Below are positions 26,174 to 34,955 of a DNA stretch of 36,022 nt, one piece after another (the stretch's first letter is position 1; the number at the start of each line of letters is the position of its first letter). Below the pieces are notes generated by a model. The model saw nothing but the letters and a program-made list of their open reading frames with translations, was not told the DNA's origin and did no database searches. The translations under genes and the position numbers were made by a program. This DNA comes from Chthoniobacterales bacterium (GTDB lineage Bacteria; Verrucomicrobiota; Verrucomicrobiia; Chthoniobacterales; CAKUMP01): NCBI GenBank assembly GCA_041748815.1, contig JBGTCP010000014.1, forward strand, positions 1 through 36,022, given 5' to 3'.

Positions 26174-26650
26174 CTATCTCTTCGAGCGAAAGAAATCCTG
26201 CAGCAGTCCTTTGCATTCATCCAGTCGCACACTGTGTGTCACGTCGCATTGGTGGTTCAGAGAGGGATGCTGCACGAGATTCAACAAGCCGCCACATCCG
26301 CCTCCCCGTGGGTCGGGGCAGCCGAAGATGACACGCCGCAGCCGCGCATGCACGATTGCGCCACTGCACATCGGGCATGGTTCTTTCGTTACGTAGAGAT
26401 CGCAATCCAGGAGCCGCCAATCATCCACCACTGCTTCGGCCTGAGTGATCGCGAGCATCTCTGCATGTGCCGTGGCGTCCTTCAATGTTTCCACCTGATT
26501 GTGAGCACGCGCAATGATCACCCCACCCCGCACGACCACTGCTCCCACCGGCACTTCCTCCAGCTGGTAGGCCTTCATTGCCTGGCGCAAAGCTTCACCC
26601 ATAAAAAATTCATCCGACTGCAAATCGATAATCAGCTCCTCATCATCCAT
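26174..26650 (-). CDS. tadA: tRNA adenosine(34) deaminase
   Basis: EVPVGAVVV, DATAHAE, EPCPMC, GAIVHAR, FF+basic C-terminus; start reset to ATG 26650. Confidence 0.95.
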   Translation of the reverse strand: MDDEELIIDLQSDEFFMGEALRQAMKAYQLEEVPVGAVVVRGGVIIARAHNQVETLKDATAHAEMLAITQAEAVVDDWRLLDCDLYVTKEPCPMCSGAIVHARLRRVIFGCPDPRGGGCGGLLNLVQHPSLNHQCDVTHSVRLDECKGLLQDFFRSKR

Positions 26651-26759
26651 ACGTCCCAATGTGTCGACAAACCGGCGGAGGCACCAAGCAAAATTTCCCC
26701 GGCGGGGTATAATCGTATCGACGCTGGACTGTAATACAGTTAGCGAGATGGAGACAGCC

Positions 26760-28079
26760 ATGTCCTCGAAGCGCCCACCTTACCCACCCGGCTCGCTGAA
26801 TGCCAACGGGTTCAATTTGTTCAACGCCATCTCGTTTCAGGTGACGCTCGGCGCACCTCTTGTCCTCTTCGCAAAGTCACTCAACAGCCCTGCGTTGGTC
26901 CTCGGGCTGCTTGCTGCAATGACTCCGCTCATGAATATCTGCCAGCTTGTGGCCGCGCATCACATCGGGCGGTTTGGGTACCGCAACTTTGTGCTCGCGG
27001 GCTGGACGCTCCGCACCGTTTTCATCTTTGCCATCGCGCTTGTGCCGCTCATGCATTTCATTTCGCCCGCCGCTCGTTTGATCATGCTGGCATTGTTTCT
27101 CTTTTGCTTCACCACCTTCCGCGGAATTTCGTCGGCAGCGTGGTTTCCATGGATCACGGAACTCATTCCCGACGACTTGCGGTCCCGGTTTCTGGCAAGG
27201 GACCAGATTTTTATGTATCTCGGCAGCCTTGGAGCGTTGCTGATCACGGGGTGGATTCTCGGGAGCGACCCGGGAGGTGTGGAATTTTCGCTGGCCTTTA
27301 CCTTCTCCGGGCTGGGTGCGCTGGCGAGTTTGTTTTTCCTTCGGAGAATTCCCGACGCTTCCGCGCCTGAAGCGTTGAAAAGTTCCGGGCAATCCGTCCC
27401 GTGGAAAGCCATTTTTCAATACGCGCCCTTTTTTCGACTGATTGCATTCAATGTCAGCGTTTTGTTGACGATTGGCGGGTTCGGGATTTTTTCAGTGGCA
27501 TGGCTTAAAATGGGCACGGCATTCGATGACCGCACTATTCTTCATCTCACCTCGATCAGCTTTTTTGGCGCGATGGGGGTGTTAAGTGTGGGTGGCAAAC
27601 TCACGGATGCCATCGGGTCACGGAAAATGCTCGCGGCCTCGCTGTGTGTGCTGGCGCTGGTCATCAGCGGGTGGTGGATGATGGCATCGGGCCGCCTTCC
27701 GGCAACTGTGCCGCTCCTGGTCACGCTCAATTTCTTCGGGGGAGTGGGTGGGGCCGCCTACAATCTGGCCAACACGCGGCTCTCGATGTCCACAATGCCA
27801 AAGATGGGACGCACGCATTTCTTTGCAATGTTCACGGTCGTCTCCGGCCTGGTGCTCGCGATCTCTCCCGTAATCTGGGGAGCTGTGGTGGACGCGTTTG
27901 CCACGGATCAAAATGCACAATCCGGCTACGTGTGGTTATTCCTGGCGAGTGCGATCACATTGATGGCAACCGCCTTTTTCACGCCATTCCTCATGGAACA
28001 ACCTCCTGCGGAAACCACTACCCGCGACGACATCATGCGCGCACAAATCCGCCGTTGGAGTCGCTTCTGGCAGCGTTAA
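26760..28079 (+). CDS. MFS transporter
   Basis: About 12 hydrophobic segments, motif-A-like GRFGYR and GKLTDAIGSRK, WITELIP; start 26760 or 26748. Confidence 0.88.
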   Translation: MSSKRPPYPPGSLNANGFNLFNAISFQVTLGAPLVLFAKSLNSPALVLGLLAAMTPLMNICQLVAAHHIGRFGYRNFVLAGWTLRTVFIFAIALVPLMHFISPAARLIMLALFLFCFTTFRGISSAAWFPWITELIPDDLRSRFLARDQIFMYLGSLGALLITGWILGSDPGGVEFSLAFTFSGLGALASLFFLRRIPDASAPEALKSSGQSVPWKAIFQYAPFFRLIAFNVSVLLTIGGFGIFSVAWLKMGTAFDDRTILHLTSISFFGAMGVLSVGGKLTDAIGSRKMLAASLCVLALVISGWWMMASGRLPATVPLLVTLNFFGGVGGAAYNLANTRLSMSTMPKMGRTHFFAMFTVVSGLVLAISPVIWGAVVDAFATDQNAQSGYVWLFLASAITLMATAFFTPFLMEQPPAETTTRDDIMRAQIRRWSRFWQR

Positions 28080-28543
28080 GCAACCTCTTCCGCTTCATCA
28101 GAAGAGCCGCCCATGAGGTAATCCTCGAGATGAAATGAGGGATCGCATTCCTTCAAGATCCAGCGGCCATTGAATCCCAGTTGGAGCGATGCGATGAAAC
28201 GTTTCTTCCAGCGCGCAGGCTCGATCATGGATAAAAAGAATCCCGCAGCGTCCATGTAAAGATGGTACGTGTGACCGATGACGGGCTCAAAACTGAAGCG
28301 GCTTTCATAGACCAGTTTGTTCCAATTAAACTCATCCACCAGTTTGCGGTATTCGCTGTGCATCTCCTGGATCTTTTGTTGCAGATCCCGCCCCACCATT
28401 CCAATTCCCCGGCTTTTAAAAGTGGTCAGATCGGTGGGCTGAATCACAGGGCTCAACGTGCTGGCAGGATATGCCATGAACTTGTGCGACTGCGGAGCAG
28501 CCTCGAGTGTGTTTTTAGCGGATGTGGAAGATTCGGGTTTCAC
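28076..28543 (-). CDS. DUF2452 domain protein
   Basis: YPASTLSPVI, WNKLVYESRFSFEPVIGHTYHLY, FLSMIEP.W; start GTG 28543 or ATG 28477; TTGCCG-N17-TACTCT just upstream. Confidence 0.8.
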   Translation of the reverse strand: MKPESSTSAKNTLEAAPQSHKFMAYPASTLSPVIQPTDLTTFKSRGIGMVGRDLQQKIQEMHSEYRKLVDEFNWNKLVYESRFSFEPVIGHTYHLYMDAAGFFLSMIEPARWKKRFIASLQLGFNGRWILKECDPSFHLEDYLMGGSSDEAEEVA

Positions 28544-28703
28544 AGGTGAGAGTATTAATAAAGGAGCATCGCGGCAAAGATTGCCTCCAATAAACTTTCA
28601 TTACGCACGACCAACGAATCAAGACTCTTCTCCCGGAGAAATTGGACGCGTGGCACGAATTTGCATGACAATCAGCGGCCTCCGGTTTTAATTTAAAGCA
28701 TTC

Positions 28704-28776
28704 GCGTTCGTAGCTCAATGGATAGAGCGTTGGCCTCCGAAGCCAAAGGTTGCGGGTTCGACTCCCGCCGAGCGCA
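28704..28776 (+). tRNA. tRNA-Arg(CCG)
   Basis: Acceptor GCGTTCG/CGAGCGC, D arm GCTC/GAGC, anticodon arm TTGGC-CTCCGAA-GCCAA, T arm GCGGG-TTCGACT-CCCGC, discriminator A; CCA not encoded. Confidence 0.97.
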
Positions 28777-28859
28777 GTTCCGGTTTCAACCCACAAATAC
28801 GACATAGTGATCTGAAGGTGATGAAGTCGGTGTCTCCAGTGGTTCGAGTTGCTTGTCCG

Positions 28860-30281
28860 CTATCCCGTCGCCAGCTTTCGGATTTCTTCGAGAAGGAATT
28901 CGCGGGCCGCGAACTCGTAATTTTCCATCTTCTGGCGGCTGAACTTGCCTGATCGCAAGGCTCCGGTCCATTGAATGAGCACCTTTCTCTCATCATTAGT
29001 CCATCGGCTCGTGATACCGGCCTTGCCTTGCTCCAGCGGTTGGGATTCCTCGCGGCGTCCGTGCGACCAGTTCGCGGCGGCTTCGGCGTATAACAATGCC
29101 CGATCCAACAGAATCCAGATCAGGTTTGACTGTGGGAGGATCTGCGCTTCGACGTGAGAGGTGGAAGTGAACTTGGTAAAAAACGCTCCCGGCACTCTGA
29201 ACTCGATCGACTTACCGGCAGCCATCCAGGCGCCGACAGCACCGGCCGCGGCTCCAATGAAGGTCGCCAGAAAGCCGGAAAGGCCACCTGTCATTAAGTC
29301 AAAACCGAGTCCAATGACGGTGCCTGCCGCAGCCCCTGCCCAAATCAGCTGCTTTTCGGTGAGGCCAAAAAACAGCCATACTTTTTCGCTGAAAATATCC
29401 TCGGTCAGGAGGTCGCCCTCCGGCAGTTGCCAATCCGTTCGCTGATGCCGAAAAAGACGGCGGATCTCTTTGCGGTAATACTCCTCCAGCTTCCTGACCG
29501 ATTTTGTGACTTTTTGCCGGACGACCTCTTCCGCGCTTCTTCGATTGTTTCCGAGGCGGGCCGTTTCGTGAATCGAGATCGTGTGTTCCAATAGCTGCAT
29601 TACAGCATCGCACGAGTCTGGCAATCGACCTTCTTCCCATTCTGCTTTGAACTGCGAAATCACATTTTTCATGCTCTCACGCCATCCGGGCATCACGTGT
29701 GAAATGGCCTCCAGAAGTTCGATTCGATCCTTCAGCGTGGCACGGTGTGGATTGAACTCCCGGTAGGTAAAATGCCGACCCAACAGTTCCTGCCATTCAG
29801 CCAGCAGCTCGCTGCCTTTCTCGGTTTGTGGCTGGTCTGACCGCACGTTGATTACAGCGATGCGCTTGTCGGTGCAGAGACGCAGGATCTCCGCCTGATC
29901 GCGGTCTTTTCGCTCAACGGGCCTGGACGCGTCGACGACATAGATGACCGCGGCATCCTTGAGCGAACGCAGAATCTCACATTCGGGCAGAAATTCCGGG
30001 TCATTACGATGCGAGTCCAGAAAGTGCTCTGCCAGATTACCAGGTTGGTTTTTGTGACTCTCGAGCCAATGGTGCAGATAAGCCGTGTTTTCAAAACCGG
30101 GGAGATCGACGAAGTTCAGCACGGGCAGGCCGTCAATCTCCGCCGTGTAATTGGTCGCAACCCGTGTAGTACCGGCCCGCCTTGCGATCTCGACCGCATC
30201 ATCTTCGGCGAGGGTGGCAACCAGTGTCGACTTACCCACATTGGGATCGCCGGCGATAGCAAATGTGGGAATTTCCTGCAT
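28860..30281 (-). CDS. P-loop GTPase with DUF3482 domain
   Basis: G1 GDPNVGKST, G2 GTT, G3 DLPG, YVVDAS, AEILR, C-terminal Gly-rich hairpin GAAAGTVIGLGFDLMTGGLSG. Confidence 0.85.
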   Translation of the reverse strand: MQEIPTFAIAGDPNVGKSTLVATLAEDDAVEIARRAGTTRVATNYTAEIDGLPVLNFVDLPGFENTAYLHHWLESHKNQPGNLAEHFLDSHRNDPEFLPECEILRSLKDAAVIYVVDASRPVERKDRDQAEILRLCTDKRIAVINVRSDQPQTEKGSELLAEWQELLGRHFTYREFNPHRATLKDRIELLEAISHVMPGWRESMKNVISQFKAEWEEGRLPDSCDAVMQLLEHTISIHETARLGNNRRSAEEVVRQKVTKSVRKLEEYYRKEIRRLFRHQRTDWQLPEGDLLTEDIFSEKVWLFFGLTEKQLIWAGAAAGTVIGLGFDLMTGGLSGFLATFIGAAAGAVGAWMAAGKSIEFRVPGAFFTKFTSTSHVEAQILPQSNLIWILLDRALLYAEAAANWSHGRREESQPLEQGKAGITSRWTNDERKVLIQWTGALRSGKFSRQKMENYEFAAREFLLEEIRKLATG

Positions 30282-30285
30282 TGAG

Positions 30286-31947
30286 CTAATTGGTTAAAAC
30301 CTCCACCTCAACGTTGGTATGCTTACGCTTGAGTTTATTGGCGAATTCTTTCCAAAGTTTCACATCTTCGGGATCGATTGCATCCGAGAGAAAATCAGAT
30401 TTCCCACCGAGTCCGAAAATCAGATGGCCGTCCGAGCCGATGGCATCAAGGCATCCGTCGATGAAGCGTCGAAGTCCACCGACGATCGGGGCGCATCCGC
30501 GGTGGAGCAAAAGGATGCGTGGTGTGCCGTCCTCCCACATCGACCGATGGAGGAGCGCGATACATGCCTCTTGTTCCCCTGGTGAGTAAGCCTGATGAAT
30601 GGCAAAGACGTTGAGCTGAAGCTGCTTGGCGATGCGCTCTTTGACACTGATCTGTGCAGGTGCGGCAAACTCCACATCGGTCAGAACCAGACAATGGTCG
30701 GACGGAATTCGCTCCGGGGGCGATTCACCCTCAGCCGGATTGGCCATTGGATGCGAGGATTCACCCGAAGGCAAAACAGGGTTCGGAGCGATCACAGTTT
30801 TGCGATGCCCGGGAAGCGCCAGGCGACGGAATAGACTGTCGCTTCTCCGGTCGGTGAAAAACTCCCGAGCCAGCGCCCGTCGTGCTCGCCATCTCGAATA
30901 AACGAGGAGACAGGCCCGCGGCACGCAGGAGTATGTGAACAGACTGAGGAACAGGAAAATCCACCATGAGGAGAGATAAGGGAAAGCTTCGCCTAAAGGC
31001 TGTCCCCGGAATACCTGGCTGAGTCTCACTTCTTCCAGAGAAGGATAGCCCGTCCCTTCTGCCAGAAACCACGACCAGGGCAGGGCCATGGTTTTTGCGA
31101 TCCCGTGAACCACCTCCGGCGTGAGCGCCTGATTGGTGGAACTCCAACCAAAATTAAAATGCGCGACCTGAGCCACAATCAACATTCCGAATGCAACTGC
31201 GAGCGCGAAGAGCAATCCCGCCCATTGAAAAAGACAGAGCAGCGGCCAACCCAGCGCTTCCCGATGCAACCTCCCGCGTCCGACAATGAGGCCGATGCCG
31301 GCGCGTAATTGGTGCGCCTGCTCGCGGTGACCGACCTTCTCTTCGGCACGTGAAGCTAGCCAACGAAAGAGTGGTGCCACGACCTTTGCACCCACCAGCC
31401 GGGCCAACGCAGGAGAGCCGGAAGTCCATCCGTATCGCTGTCGGAGAAACGTAAAAACCGCAAAAAGAATCAGCAGAATTTGCGGTCCCAGATAGATCAG
31501 CAGCACCATTGGAACATGAATCGCCACAGGGACTGCCAGGAGTCCCAGCAATGAAATGAGTCCAACCACAAAACCTGCGAAGGCAAACAAAGCGGCTGCT
31601 GAAGAAAGTGAGGAATCCAGGACTTCTCCAATGCTTTCTCCAGTTGCACGATCCTTCCTCCGCCGAAACTGTAGCCAATTGTAGAGCCACCAACGCCGGT
31701 TTGCCGGGCTGCTTTGTCCGCGTTGGTCCACCTGTTCTTGTCCGCAAGTGCTGATGACACGTTTGCGAATCCTCTCATCGCGCTCTTTGATCTGGTGAGG
31801 AAGCGCCTCCACAGCCTCGTCCTCTTCCATGAGCAACTCGTAATCGATAAGATCGGGCAGAGTCCAACACGCGTCTTTTGCGCAGATGATTTCCTGCGAA
31901 TGGGTGCTGTCAGTCGAGGTCGTGCGAAGCGTTGGGGTCATTGACAT
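30286..31947 (-). CDS. DUF2868 domain membrane protein
   Basis: DLIDYE, several TMs, FGWSST, ALPWSW, PSLEEV, WWIFL...Y..VPR; 4 nt from the DUF3482 GTPase gene; start uncertain (31947, 31941 or 32025). Confidence 0.82.
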   Translation of the reverse strand: MSMTPTLRTTSTDSTHSQEIICAKDACWTLPDLIDYELLMEEDEAVEALPHQIKERDERIRKRVISTCGQEQVDQRGQSSPANRRWWLYNWLQFRRRKDRATGESIGEVLDSSLSSAAALFAFAGFVVGLISLLGLLAVPVAIHVPMVLLIYLGPQILLILFAVFTFLRQRYGWTSGSPALARLVGAKVVAPLFRWLASRAEEKVGHREQAHQLRAGIGLIVGRGRLHREALGWPLLCLFQWAGLLFALAVAFGMLIVAQVAHFNFGWSSTNQALTPEVVHGIAKTMALPWSWFLAEGTGYPSLEEVRLSQVFRGQPLGEAFPYLSSWWIFLFLSLFTYSCVPRACLLVYSRWRARRALAREFFTDRRSDSLFRRLALPGHRKTVIAPNPVLPSGESSHPMANPAEGESPPERIPSDHCLVLTDVEFAAPAQISVKERIAKQLQLNVFAIHQAYSPGEQEACIALLHRSMWEDGTPRILLLHRGCAPIVGGLRRFIDGCLDAIGSDGHLIFGLGGKSDFLSDAIDPEDVKLWKEFANKLKRKHTNVEVEVLTN

Positions 31948-32244
31948 TTCTTTTGATCCCGGAGGCATTGAATCGGAGAGGGTGTGATCAAGGTGTTCCC
32001 GAGCATCTACTTGAGAGCTTTTCACAGCCCGGAAGCTTTAGCAAGCTGCCTAAGGAATGGACGAAGCGCCCAGCACTTGCGGCGAAGTCTGCTCGACAAT
32101 CCCCGATGGTCTGTGGCAATTTTTATTTATGCAATTTGAAGACTGGCTTGAGGAGTGGCAGGAGCCGGCCGAGCAGGAATAGGACCGAATTTATTGGAAG
32201 CCATGGCAGGCTGCGGATGGTGATTACGAAGATTGATCGAACAA

Positions 32245-32766
32245 ATGAAGCCCTTGGTGAAAATTCTGCCGATAGTCCTGCCTTTCGCTACAAGGTGGGT
32301 TGAGAGAAATGAGCGAAAGATCCTGATCGACGGTGACCCGCTTTCAGAAGAGCAGTTTGCGACCGCTGTGCTGATGGGAGTTGGCAGTCCTGAGAAAGTG
32401 AGAGTTCTGAAAGTTGCGCTCATTCCCACACCCGGCGGTTTCAGCACTTGCTGGGCGGCCAAGGCGTCCGGGCTATTTTCATGCAACACAGCCGGCATGT
32501 CTCTTCGCTATGGCATTTTGATACGGGAAGAATTCTCGCGCGATCCCTTTCTGCTTGCGCATGAGCTCGTTCACACCGCGCAATATGAGCGGCTTGGAGG
32601 AATCAAAAACTTCCTTGAAGCCTATCTGAGAGAATGTCTGCTGATAGGCTACCCCGAGGCTCCCATGGAACAGGAAGCCATACTGAAAGCTCAGGAATTG
32701 AGAAATCACAAGCTGCACAAATCCGTCGCATCGCTTGATAATTTCTGTCAGGATGTGTGTAGAACT
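32245..32766 (+). CDS. HExxH (DUF4157-like) zincin domain, with no stop before the next gene
   Basis: AGMSLRYGILI, LLAHELVHTAQYERLG, APMEQEA; frame continues into the cupin gene. Confidence 0.6.
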
Positions 32767-33534
32767 ATGAACAACCCGTTGGACTCGCATTTTGGATTGC
32801 CGGTTTTTGGAAACACCCGCACGCGTGTCGCTGCACGGCATGCATTGATTACCTCGGACGGATGGGTGCCGAGTTATTATCAGGGCGCAGAAGGTGCCAC
32901 GGTTGTGATTCATATTTCTCCGGCCATGGGTGCGGGGTTTACTCAATTTCGCGTGAACTGGGAATCCGGCGGCAGTCTTCCACTTTCCAATACCCCGGGT
33001 GTTGAACGAGTGTTGTATGTTCTGCAGGGACGTCTCACGCTCGCGGGTGCTGTGAATGCGTCACTCGAAGCTGGTGGATATGCGTTCCTTCCACCTGACA
33101 CCAGCACGAAAATCACAGCTGAAGCTGGATCGGAAGTGACTGCTTTTGAAAAGCGATTCGAGGATGGCACCGGTATGCCATCCGCATTTTCCGGCAATGT
33201 TTCGAACGTCGAGAGTCTTCCTTTTTTGGGAAATCCCAACGCCCTGTTGCAAGCGCTGCTGCCAGACGATCCCCACTTTGACATGGCGGTGAACGTCTTC
33301 ACGTATCAGCCCGGCACCACGCTTCCATTTGTGGAGACTCACATCATGGAGCACGGACTGCTCATGCTCTCAGGACAGGGTGTCTACCGGTTGGAGGACA
33401 GCTGGTATCCGGTGAGGAAAGGTGATGTCATCTGGATGGCCCCGTATTGTCCGCAATGGTTTGTGGCCATGGGCGACGAACCGGCGAGCTATCTCTATTA
33501 TAAAAACGTCAATCGCCACCCGGTCCTGGCATGA
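32767..33534 (+). CDS. allE: (S)-ureidoglycine aminohydrolase (bicupin)
   Basis: HALI, SPAMGAGFTQF, GGYAFLPP, FDMAVN, LPFVETHIMEHGL, GDVIWMAPYCPQWF, YLYYKNVNR. Confidence 0.9.
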   Translation: MNNPLDSHFGLPVFGNTRTRVAARHALITSDGWVPSYYQGAEGATVVIHISPAMGAGFTQFRVNWESGGSLPLSNTPGVERVLYVLQGRLTLAGAVNASLEAGGYAFLPPDTSTKITAEAGSEVTAFEKRFEDGTGMPSAFSGNVSNVESLPFLGNPNALLQALLPDDPHFDMAVNVFTYQPGTTLPFVETHIMEHGLLMLSGQGVYRLEDSWYPVRKGDVIWMAPYCPQWFVAMGDEPASYLYYKNVNRHPVLA

Positions 33535-34769
33535 GCTTGCAAATCGACGCCGCCCGGCTCAGTGCGGAGATCGACAAGCTGGCAACCTTTTCGGAGTCCC
33601 CGGCACCAAGCGTGACCCGGCTGGTGTTTTCAAAAGAAGACAAGGAAGCACGCCGGTTTCTTGCTGAGCGTTTTGAAGCGGCAGGTTTGAGCATCCGGGT
33701 CGATGCGATTGGCAATACTTTTGCGCGCTGGCAAGGAAGTGATTCGGAGCGCAAGCCTGTGGGAACCGGCTCTCACATTGATGCCATTCCTAATGCCGGA
33801 AAATACGATGGGGTAGTTGGCGTGCTGGGTCCGCTGGAGGCAGTTCGTGCGTTGCAAGGGAGCGGATTCAAACCCGTAGCTTCCATCGACATTATTCTTT
33901 TCACCTCCGAGGAACCCACTCGTTTCGGGCTTGGTTGCCTTGGCAGCCGTATGCTGGCCGGAAACGTCACACCGGACGCGGCCGACTCACTGCGCACACC
34001 GGATGGCTATTCGCTCGATGATCTCCGCAATGCTGCTGGCATCCCCGGGGATCTCGGATCTGTGCGAATGGAACCCGGTGCCTACGATGCGTTTGTGGAA
34101 TTGCACATCGAGCAGGGACCCATCCTTGAACGGGAAAGTATTGACATCGGAGTGGTTGAAAGAATTGCAGCTCCGGCTGCGTGGCGTGTTCGTTTTGTGG
34201 GCGAGGGAGGGCATGCCGGAGCGGTGCTCATGCCAAGACGTCGGGATGCATCTCTCGGCGGTGCGGAGGCGGCGCTGGCCTTGGAAAAACACGTATTGGA
34301 GCTTGGTTCACCGGACGGGGTTGCCACCACCGGGGTTTTTCAAATCCGCCCCGGGGCCATCAACTCGGTTCCCTTCGAGGCCAACCTAGAAGTTGACATC
34401 CGCGACACCGACCACCGCGCCAGACAGGCAGTGGAAGGGGCATTCCAAGCATCAGTTGCAGCGATTGCCCAGCGCAGGAAGCTGGAATTGACGCTCACCA
34501 GGATCAACTCGGATCCGCCAGCCATCTGCGATCCTCGCCTCGTGCAGATGGCTGAAACCGCTGCTAACGAAAGCGGCTGCACCGTGCGGCGATTGGTCAG
34601 CCGCGCTTATCACGACAGCCTTTTCATGTCACTGATCGCGCCCGTTACAATGATTTTTATCCCGTGTCATCAAGGTTTCAGCCATCGACCGGACGAATTC
34701 TCCTCGAGTGATCAAATTGCCAAAGGCGTGAACACCCTTGCAAGGTTGCTCGAAAAACTGGCCAGCTGA
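33531..34769 (+). CDS. M20 family ureide amidohydrolase (ureidoglycolate amidohydrolase-like)
   Basis: GSHIDAIP, GKYDGVVGV, FTSEEPTRFG, ELHIEQGP, GHAG, SRAYHDSLFM, SHRPDE; ATGA overlap with allE. Confidence 0.9.
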   Translation: MSLQIDAARLSAEIDKLATFSESPAPSVTRLVFSKEDKEARRFLAERFEAAGLSIRVDAIGNTFARWQGSDSERKPVGTGSHIDAIPNAGKYDGVVGVLGPLEAVRALQGSGFKPVASIDIILFTSEEPTRFGLGCLGSRMLAGNVTPDAADSLRTPDGYSLDDLRNAAGIPGDLGSVRMEPGAYDAFVELHIEQGPILERESIDIGVVERIAAPAAWRVRFVGEGGHAGAVLMPRRRDASLGGAEAALALEKHVLELGSPDGVATTGVFQIRPGAINSVPFEANLEVDIRDTDHRARQAVEGAFQASVAAIAQRRKLELTLTRINSDPPAICDPRLVQMAETAANESGCTVRRLVSRAYHDSLFMSLIAPVTMIFIPCHQGFSHRPDEFSSSDQIAKGVNTLARLLEKLAS

Positions 34770-34836
34770 TTTATGTTAGATGCAGAAGCTTCTTCGTTCC
34801 GATTTCCTGTAAAACGGTGCGAATGCCCCGTCGATG

Positions 34837-34920
34837 AAACCCTTTCAGGGTTTTGCTCTCTCTTCATGGACCCAGGGTAGCTCTACAACCCTGGGCTGGA
34901 TGCTTTATCCCCTTTGGGGA
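34837..34920. repeat. Triple-hairpin palindromic element between convergent genes
   Basis: AAACCCT-ttc-AGGGTTT; CCCAGGGT-N9-ACCCTGGG; TCCCC-ttt-GGGGA. Confidence 0.7.
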
Positions 34921-34955
34921 ATCGATTTTAAATCGCCGCCGCACACATCAGTATT

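Noticed and set aside
28651-28666. Sigma54-like TGGCACGAATTTGCAT upstream of the tRNA
   Set aside because: GG-to-GC spacing is 9 nt; sigma54 promoters require 10.
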